A stretch of DNA of 64,000 nt, taken from positions 80,064 to 144,063 of the forward strand of contig CAZLXB010000001.1 of assembly GCA_964563545.1 (NCBI GenBank). The letters run 5' to 3'. A program made the position numbers and the translations under genes. Positions within the stretch are counted from its first letter, which is position 1. Each line of letters opens with the position of its first letter. The notes under the pieces are model-generated. The model was given only the letters and a program-made list of their open reading frames with translations. It made no database searches and had not been told where the DNA came from. Origin of the DNA: an uncultured Bifidobacterium sp. (GTDB lineage: Bacteria > Actinomycetota > Acidimicrobiia > Acidimicrobiales > Ilumatobacteraceae). Below, one piece after another: positions 57,513 through 64,000 of this stretch.

Positions 57513-59837
57513 CTACTGAGCCGAGACGCTCGCCCGAAACTCCCACTCAGACAATCGAGCTTTGTCCTCGGCCGACAACTCACTCAATCTCTCGAGGGTG
57601 ACCGACTCGATTGCGGCGCAGCACTCGAAGACGTGTGGGTACGGACCCACCGGTGCTCCCGTGTCGAGACCGACGTCGAATGTCTCCCCACTCATCGAAA
57701 ACACGACCGGGATCGTCCGCTCGATGCGATTCGAGGCCACCACATCGTCGTCCACCGACAGATAGACCATCCCGCCGGCGCCCAGGCCTCCGTCGTAGTC
57801 GAATTCCACCACGATTCGGTGCGTACCTGCGCTCAGCTGCCGACCCCGCACGAACGTGAGATCACGACCGAAGGCGTTGTAAAGAAAAACCGGTGTGCCG
57901 TTCTCGAGATACAGGCTCCACCCGGCCATGTTCCCGCCCTGGCAACAAATCACACCTTCGTCGTCGGTACGGCGGACGGTGACGATGGCAGTGATCCGAT
58001 ACGAGCAGTTCTTGAGATTCACGACGACCGGTTCGGGAATACGTACGTGCGCCGTCGTGTATGTCATCTTGGTCAGCCCACCAAGAGCCTGCGGGACAGC
58101 GAACTCGGGATCGAAGCGGAATCCGGGATCGCGCAGCGGATAAACGCCACACCGCCGGGCTTCTTCATCGAACACCGTTTGCAGTTCGGCCAACTTCTCC
58201 GGGAATCGCGCGGCAAGGTCTTCACTCTGCGAGAAGTCGTGAGCTATGTCGTAGAGCTCCCACTTCTCCTGCGGCCCATCGAAGGGCATCGACACGAATC
58301 GCACCCATGGCGGCCGGCCGTGGAAGCACGATGCCATCCAGCCCTCGTGGTAGATCGCGCGGTTACCAAGGATCTCGAAGTACTGGGTGGCACGGTGGCT
58401 CGGTCCGTCACCCTCGGTGAACGTGTAGTTCATCGGGATTCCATGAACCGGGCTCTGCTCCACTCCGTTGACACTTTCGGGATACTCCACTCCGGCGGCG
58501 GCGAGGAGCGTCGGCGCGATATCGACGACGTGATGAAACTGCGAGCACATCTCTCCCGGTCGCCGAATGCCAGCCGGCCACTTGATCGCCATGCCATTGC
58601 GAGTTCCACCGAAGTGCGAAGCGACCTGCTTCATCCATTGGAACGGAGCGTCGAGCGCCCACGCCCAACCGATGTTGAAGTGGTTCTCGCATCGGGCCGA
58701 ACCGAAATCGGCCACGTGATCCACGAGCCAGTCGAGATCCTCGGGAACTCCGTTCTGGAAAGTCGGCGCGGCCCACGCACCGTTCACCGTTCCCTCGGCC
58801 GAGGCACCGTTGTCACCGGTGATGTAGACGACGAGAGTGTTGTCCTCGGCGCCGATTTCCTCGATGTGCCTCAGCAGACGTCCGATGTGATGATCGGTGT
58901 GGGCGAGGAAGGCGGCAAAGACCTCCATCAGCCGCGAAGCGACCGGCTTCAGTCGATCGGGATAGTCGTCCCAGGCCGGCACCCCTTCGGGCCGCTCGGT
59001 CAACTTGGTTCCCGGCGGGATGACACCCATGGTGATCTGGCGTTCGTAGATCTCCTGACGCAGAGCATCCCAGCCGGCATCGAAACGACCAGCGAACTTC
59101 TCGATCCAATCGGACGGCACGTGATGCGGAGTGTGCACGGCTGGGGTCGGCAGATAGAGGAAGAACGGGCGACCGGGGGCGGTGGCGCGCACCCGATCGA
59201 TCCAGTCGATCGATTCGTCCACGAGATCCTCGGTGAGGTGATAGTCGTCGCGATCGCGGTACGGGAACACCGGTCGGGTCTGGTCGTACACCGCTGGTTC
59301 GTATTGCGAAGCCTCGGCGTTGATGATCCCGTAGAAGCGTTCGAAACCCATGCCCGTGGGCCAACGATCGAATGGCCCGGCCGGTCCCATCTCCCACACC
59401 GGGGTGAGATGCCACTTGCCGATGCACGCCGTGGCGTAACCGTTCTGGCGAAGGATCTCGGCCACGGTGGCCGCCGACTTCGGAATCACGCTGTCGTACG
59501 CCGGAAATGAATTGGCGCCTTCGGGTATGCCACCCATGTGAACCGAATGATGATTGCGACCGGTCAGCAGCGCAGCGCGAGTCGGCGAGCACAACGCCGT
59601 CGTGTGGAACTGGTTGTAGCGAAGACCGCTATCGGCGACCGACTGGAACGTCGGGGTCGGGACTGGACCCCCGAACGTGCTGAACGAGCCGAAGCCAACG
59701 TCGTCGAGCATGATCACCACGATGTTCGGTGAGCCTTGGGTCGCCGAATCCTTCACGAGCCGCGAGGCGACCGAGTCATCGGTCAGCCGTTCGACGCGTC
59801 CTCCGAATGCGGGTGGCTCCTTGGGTAGTCGGGTCAT
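57513..59837 (-). CDS. Arylsulfatase (formylglycine-dependent sulfatase family)
   Basis: It has VVIMLDDVGFG and the sulfatase signature CSPTRAALLTGRNHH. I chose the ATG at 59837 (MTRLPKE...). It is joined to the upstream gene by a TGATG junction. Confidence 0.9.
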   Translation of the reverse strand: MTRLPKEPPAFGGRVERLTDDSVASRLVKDSATQGSPNIVVIMLDDVGFGSFSTFGGPVPTPTFQSVADSGLRYNQFHTTALCSPTRAALLTGRNHHSVHMGGIPEGANSFPAYDSVIPKSAATVAEILRQNGYATACIGKWHLTPVWEMGPAGPFDRWPTGMGFERFYGIINAEASQYEPAVYDQTRPVFPYRDRDDYHLTEDLVDESIDWIDRVRATAPGRPFFLYLPTPAVHTPHHVPSDWIEKFAGRFDAGWDALRQEIYERQITMGVIPPGTKLTERPEGVPAWDDYPDRLKPVASRLMEVFAAFLAHTDHHIGRLLRHIEEIGAEDNTLVVYITGDNGASAEGTVNGAWAAPTFQNGVPEDLDWLVDHVADFGSARCENHFNIGWAWALDAPFQWMKQVASHFGGTRNGMAIKWPAGIRRPGEMCSQFHHVVDIAPTLLAAAGVEYPESVNGVEQSPVHGIPMNYTFTEGDGPSHRATQYFEILGNRAIYHEGWMASCFHGRPPWVRFVSMPFDGPQEKWELYDIAHDFSQSEDLAARFPEKLAELQTVFDEEARRCGVYPLRDPGFRFDPEFAVPQALGGLTKMTYTTAHVRIPEPVVVNLKNCSYRITAIVTVRRTDDEGVICCQGGNMAGWSLYLENGTPVFLYNAFGRDLTFVRGRQLSAGTHRIVVEFDYDGGLGAGGMVYLSVDDDVVASNRIERTIPVVFSMSGETFDVGLDTGAPVGPYPHVFECCAAIESVTLERLSELSAEDKARLSEWEFRASVSAQ

Positions 59838-61534
59838 CAGTTTCGAAGACCTTGATTCTCGAACGCAGCCAGTGTGGTGAGAACACGGGAGGCCGAGCCG
59901 GTCACCCGAATGTCGCCTGCTTCGACGGCGGCCGACAATCCCACTGCGCCGGAAAGCACCTTGGCCCACAGCGCAAACGGCAGACCGATACGATCCGTCG
60001 CACCCGCCCCGTCGGTCGGCACCGCCACTCCGTTGCGGACATGGATCCCGAGCGGATCCACACCGATGAAATCGACACCGATGTGATGGTCGATTCCCAG
60101 GGCGAGTTCGGGTTCGAGCATCACCCGAAGGATGCGCAACGAATCAGAGGGGTGCATACCAAGAACCTGAGGTTCACGTAATCGATGCGTTCGCAGACGC
60201 GACAGATCGTTCGAGCCATCGAGATCACGGGCCTTGGTGATGCACCAGTTACGGATGTTGGCCGCCGCCGATCGATAGCCGACTTCACGCAACACATCAG
60301 CGAGACACCGTCGATCGTCGTCGGTTGCGTCGTGCCGGGCCACCAACCACGACGCGAGCTCGAGAGCCCAACGCAGATCGTTGGCGGAGACTGCTTCTGT
60401 GATCCGACGCGCCACAACCTCGGCGCCACCGAATCCCTCCACCAGTCTGGTCGCCCGCTCGCGGGGTTCGAGAGGGAACAACTTGGCCGGATCACCGTCG
60501 AACCAGCCGCGAATTCCCGCATGAATCTGACGTACATGGTGTTCGGCCACTCCGTAGAGCTCGGTGGTCAGATAATCGTCGTCGTACGAATCCGGTAGGC
60601 GGATGCTCGACGCGAGTTCGTCGGCGGTCATCCCCTTGTTGAGTCCGCGAACCGTCTGATCCCACATGAACTGGATCGAATCACGATCACCGGTGACCCG
60701 ACGCCGGATCTCGTCAGCACCTGCGATGGGCGGGCCGTGCGTCCCCACCAAGTACTCCGAACCCAACGACAGAACATGATCGATACCCCGAAGGAGGATC
60801 TGTGGATCGCGGTATTCCTCACCACGTATCGCGAAGACGTTGAACAACACCGGCCACACGATGTTGTGCACGCACGTGCTGATCTCCGGGAACCAGAGCG
60901 TCAACGAATCATCGGCATCGGACGGAGCGTGCGTGACCTCCACTTTCAGACCGGCGATCGTGGCCGTCTCACCTCCGCGCCAGGTCACAGTGGCTGGTAC
61001 GTAGCCGCCGGTGAAGGGATGATGATCTGGATTTCGGTAGAAGATGCCGAGTCCCACACTCACGATGCCGTCCGGCCCGTCGAGAGGCATGGTGGTGCCG
61101 AACTGATGGACGAGCCCACTCGAGTACGACGGCCCGATCTCCGACATGGCCCGCGAACGGTTGAACCCGACTTTCTCGTGGGCGTACACCGGCACCTCGT
61201 GACCGACCTCCCGGAAGATCTCCTCGGTGCCGTTCACGTAGTGGAAATGCGAGTAGATCACGGCCGCGATCGGTCGATCGGTGACTCGTCGGAGATCGAC
61301 GAGGGCCGAGCGCATCTCCTCGTTCGACTCGCCGGTATCGATGGCGATGATCCCCTCGGGGGCGTCGATGAACGTCTGGTTGGAAAGTCCGTTGCCCACG
61401 AGGTTCCACACCCCGGGTCGGACCTCGTACAACCGCCGAGCCAGACGTTCGGTGTGCTCGAGGGCGGACCGGTGCACGCGTTGACCACGTTCGGCCGTGA
61501 CGACCTGCGTCGGATCCGTGTCGAATGAGCGCAT
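59837..61534 (-). CDS. Alkylsulfatase-like MBL-fold protein with a dimerisation domain and an SCP2-like C-terminal domain
   Basis: The overall layout resembles SdsA1/YjcS/BDS1. The C-terminus WAKVLSGAVGLSAAVEAGDIRVTGSASRVL is SCP2-like. The MBL motif reads SHFHYVNG rather than HxHxDH. I chose the ATG at 61534. Confidence 0.75.
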   Translation of the reverse strand: MRSFDTDPTQVVTAERGQRVHRSALEHTERLARRLYEVRPGVWNLVGNGLSNQTFIDAPEGIIAIDTGESNEEMRSALVDLRRVTDRPIAAVIYSHFHYVNGTEEIFREVGHEVPVYAHEKVGFNRSRAMSEIGPSYSSGLVHQFGTTMPLDGPDGIVSVGLGIFYRNPDHHPFTGGYVPATVTWRGGETATIAGLKVEVTHAPSDADDSLTLWFPEISTCVHNIVWPVLFNVFAIRGEEYRDPQILLRGIDHVLSLGSEYLVGTHGPPIAGADEIRRRVTGDRDSIQFMWDQTVRGLNKGMTADELASSIRLPDSYDDDYLTTELYGVAEHHVRQIHAGIRGWFDGDPAKLFPLEPRERATRLVEGFGGAEVVARRITEAVSANDLRWALELASWLVARHDATDDDRRCLADVLREVGYRSAAANIRNWCITKARDLDGSNDLSRLRTHRLREPQVLGMHPSDSLRILRVMLEPELALGIDHHIGVDFIGVDPLGIHVRNGVAVPTDGAGATDRIGLPFALWAKVLSGAVGLSAAVEAGDIRVTGSASRVLTTLAAFENQGLRN

Positions 61535-61634
61535 GTCGCCTCCCCCGCCCGACATCTTGGCAGAGCAGACACCCCCGCTTACCAACCTCGAACCCACACT
61601 CCGACTCACCGAAAGGGACGAAAGGACCATTGAC

Positions 61635-61931
61635 GTGACGATCAGCGCCGCACAACGCTACGAACTGCACAGCGCACTTGTGACCACATTGGGGGACGAC
61701 GTGGCCAACACCTTGATGGAGCACCTCCCGCCGAGCGGATGGAGCGATGTCGTACGTCTGAGTCAGCTCGATGAAGTCGAGAAGAGACTCGGTTTGCGAA
61801 TCGATGGACTCGAACGGCGAATTGATCAACTTGATGGCCGAATGAAGCTCCTCCTCTCCGGGGGCTTGGCTTTCGCTTTGGCCATCATCGCGATTCAGGT
61901 CCAGATCATGATCAGCATCGCCCATCTCTGA
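61635..61931 (+). CDS. Hypothetical coiled-coil protein with a C-terminal TM helix (DUF1640-like)
   Basis: The ORF contains MEHLPPSGWSDVVRLSQLDEVEKRLGLRIDGLERRIDQLDGRM and then a TM segment. The start is uncertain: GTG at 61635 is preferred, and ATG at 61533 is possible. Confidence 0.45.
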   Translation: MTISAAQRYELHSALVTTLGDDVANTLMEHLPPSGWSDVVRLSQLDEVEKRLGLRIDGLERRIDQLDGRMKLLLSGGLAFALAIIAIQVQIMISIAHL

Positions 61932-62296
61932 CTCTCCCGAAGGCCTGACTTCCTTACCGAGTTGGCACCAAGGACGGATGCGAGTTCCCGCCGCTAGCTG
62001 GTCCCCGTACCGTGAGCGCATGAGAGCATTCAGCTTTGGAATCATTCTTCTCGTGGCCATCATCGCGGCCGTCGGCGGTGGGGTGGCCTTCACCCGACGG
62101 AAGTCATCGACGGGTCATTGAGACCGCAATTCGTCTTCTCGGGTGGATTTCACCCGGTTCACCCCCATACTTGACTCATTGATCGGCACGTCTTGCCGTT
62201 CATGAGTGGCGTGCGACGTGACGAACATTCAGGTTCGTCAGAGGCTTCCTCCCTAGGCATCTCGCTGATGCCGTCCCCCCTACATAAAGGAACCTC

Positions 62297-63673
62297 ATGT
62301 CCCCCACCAGCACGTCTTCTCGCGTGTCGTCTCGACCCGTGCCCGAAACAGCATCGTTCGCATCCCTCGGTGTGCCGGCGAATCTGATCCAGATCCTCGT
62401 TCGGTCCGGAATCACCGAGCCGTTTCCGATCCAGCGCCAGACTCTTCCCGACTCACTCGCCGGACTCGACATCATCGGTCGCGGTCGCACGGGTAGCGGT
62501 AAGACCCTCGCTTTCGTTCTGCCCCTCGTCGCTCGACTTTCGGCCGATCGTCGGGGTTCGGCACCTCGTCAACCGCGCGGACTGATTCTCGTACCCACCC
62601 GCGAACTCGCGGCCCAGGTTGCCGAGACCCTCGATCCGCTCGCCCGCGCCCTCGGACTCACGCACGTGGTGATCCACGGAGGTGTGAGTGCCGCACCTCA
62701 GGTGAAGGCCCTTTCGCGCGGCGTCGACATCGTCATCGCCTGCCCCGGACGTCTCGAAGATCTGATGCAGCAGCGTCAGTGCCGACTCGACCAGGTCGCC
62801 ATCACCGTCGTCGACGAAGCCGACCACATGGCGGATCTCGGTTTCCTTCCCGTCGTCAAGCGGGTACTCGACAAGACGCCGACCAACGGCCAGCGACTCC
62901 TCTTCTCGGCCACACTCGACAACGGTGTGGACGTGCTCGTGGATCGCTACCTGCACTCGCCGGCTGTTCACTCGGTGGACTCCGCCGAGTCACCCGTTCC
63001 CGACATGGAACACCACGTGTTGTGCGTGAGTCGCGACGACAAGCCAGCCATCGTGCAAGCCCTCGCATCCGGGCGTGAGCGCACGCTGCTCTTCACCCGA
63101 ACCAAGCACACCGCCAAGAAGATTGCCCTGCAATTGTCGAAGAACGGCATCCCGAGCGTGGATCTGCACGGAAACCTGTCGCAGAACGTGCGCACCAAGA
63201 ATCTCGAGGCCTTCGCCTCGGGCGAAGTCCTCGTGATGGTCGCCACCGACATCGCGGCCCGTGGCATCCATGTGGACGACATCACCCTCGTGGTTCATGT
63301 CGATCCGCCGGCCGAGCACAAGGCATTTCTGCACCGCTCGGGTCGTACTGCGCGCGCTGGCGCAAGTGGCACGGTGGTCACCGTGATGACACCCGATCAA
63401 CGGGGTGATGTGGACGTCCTCACCCGACGCGCCGGCATCAAGCCCACCCACACCAAGGTGCAGCTCGGACACCCGATCATCGTGGAACTCACCGGTCCGC
63501 CGGCCGAGCGACGTATGCGCAAGATTCCCGTCCCACAGCCGACGCCCCCGACTCGTTCGGCCAATGGTGCCAAGCCGGCCGGCAGTCGTTCCGGAGGCGG
63601 ACGCAAGCCCGGCCCGGGTACCAACGGACGTCGCCGTCGTCAGCCAGTGGCCAAGCGGAGCACCAGGACGTAA
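62297..63673 (+). CDS. DEAD-box ATP-dependent RNA helicase with an Arg/Gly/Pro-rich C-terminal tail
   Basis: It has the Q motif (FPIQRQ), motif I (GRTGSGKT), Ia (PTRELA), II (DEAD), III (SAT) and VI (HRSGRTARAG). An AAGGA lies 6 nt upstream of the ATG. Confidence 0.9.
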   Translation: MSPTSTSSRVSSRPVPETASFASLGVPANLIQILVRSGITEPFPIQRQTLPDSLAGLDIIGRGRTGSGKTLAFVLPLVARLSADRRGSAPRQPRGLILVPTRELAAQVAETLDPLARALGLTHVVIHGGVSAAPQVKALSRGVDIVIACPGRLEDLMQQRQCRLDQVAITVVDEADHMADLGFLPVVKRVLDKTPTNGQRLLFSATLDNGVDVLVDRYLHSPAVHSVDSAESPVPDMEHHVLCVSRDDKPAIVQALASGRERTLLFTRTKHTAKKIALQLSKNGIPSVDLHGNLSQNVRTKNLEAFASGEVLVMVATDIAARGIHVDDITLVVHVDPPAEHKAFLHRSGRTARAGASGTVVTVMTPDQRGDVDVLTRRAGIKPTHTKVQLGHPIIVELTGPPAERRMRKIPVPQPTPPTRSANGAKPAGSRSGGGRKPGPGTNGRRRRQPVAKRSTRT

Positions 63674-64000
63674 TGCACGGTCGCCGCACCGGCGACCAAC
63701 GCGTGAAAGATCTCGTGAAATCCGAAGATCTTCGGTAGCGGATTGGGGCGCTTGGCCGCATAGATCACCGCGCCGATCGAATACATTGCACCCCCACCCC
63801 ACAGGAGTGTGGTGTCGACTGCATTCAGCGCCGCCGACAGGGAGCCGATCTCGATCAGTGCACTCCAGCCGACGAGTAGATAGACACCGGCGATCACCGA
63901 GGGCGGGGCGTGCAACCAGGCCATGCGGATGATCACTCCGATGGTCGCCGCCGTCCAGACGAAGACGAGGAGTGTCATCTCACTGCGTCCGTTCAGACTC
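63640..64000 (-). CDS. Hemolysin III / PAQR family membrane protein (partial; N-terminus lies beyond the window end)
   Basis: The C-terminal TM helices include the HEIFHALV motif. Family members are about 210-230 aa, so the gene must continue past 64000. Confidence 0.75.
   Translation of the reverse strand, partial: SLNGRSEMTLLVFVWTAATIGVIIRMAWLHAPPSVIAGVYLLVGWSALIEIGSLSAALNAVDTTLLWGGGAMYSIGAVIYAAKRPNPLPKIFGFHEIFHALVAGAATVHYVLVLRLATG

Overview
This is a high-GC, gene-dense chromosomal segment. Its gene content points to Actinomycetota: a mycothiol-type DinB-like enzyme, UPF0182, a PAC2 protein, LytR_C plus DUF3263, HemQ/ChdC, and a stand-alone groEL behind CIRCE operators. A finer placement, such as Acidimicrobiia, is only a guess. 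I call about 65 protein genes and two tRNAs (Thr-UGU, Lys-UUU). I saw no rRNA, CRISPR array, transposase or integrase. Most genes are housekeeping or accessory metabolism: modABC with a PadR regulator, prfC, glnD, ispDF-rlmB, udk, groEL, copZ-copA, fdhD, chdC, a DEAD-box helicase, two sulfatase-type genes, and a Baeyer-Villiger monooxygenase cluster. Many long ORFs in the track are antisense shadow frames typical of high-GC DNA, and I rejected them. The strongest finding is that ORFs 25912..26256 and 26326..26991 form one reading frame interrupted by a single TGA. That TGA sits at the redox-active position of a TlpA/ResA-like thioredoxin fold (W-A-S-Y-[TGA]-G-C). A SECIS-like hairpin starts 11 nt downstream, so this is a candidate selenoprotein that ORF calling splits in two. 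Other items worth a second look are listed here.
- A perfect AT-rich palindrome lies in front of modA, and a PadR gene is coupled to modC.
- A DivIVA-domain protein ends in a Cys/His domain with an H-x-x-C-R-C motif.
- An atypical four-TM FtsH paralog is coupled to a lipoprotein gene.
- A GG-terminated MoaD/ThiS-like protein is translationally coupled to a BNR/Asp-box propeller.
- Two neighbouring TAGGAT-N6-GTG units look like leaderless promoters.
- A 48-aa DUF2256 zinc-ribbon gene is missing from the ORF track.
- Two overlapping CIRCE operators precede groEL.
- An alkylsulfatase-like protein has a degenerate metal-binding motif.
- A truncated P-type ATPase remnant is present.
All calls come from reading the sequence and translations by eye. 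Start codons are best guesses, and no database search was possible.
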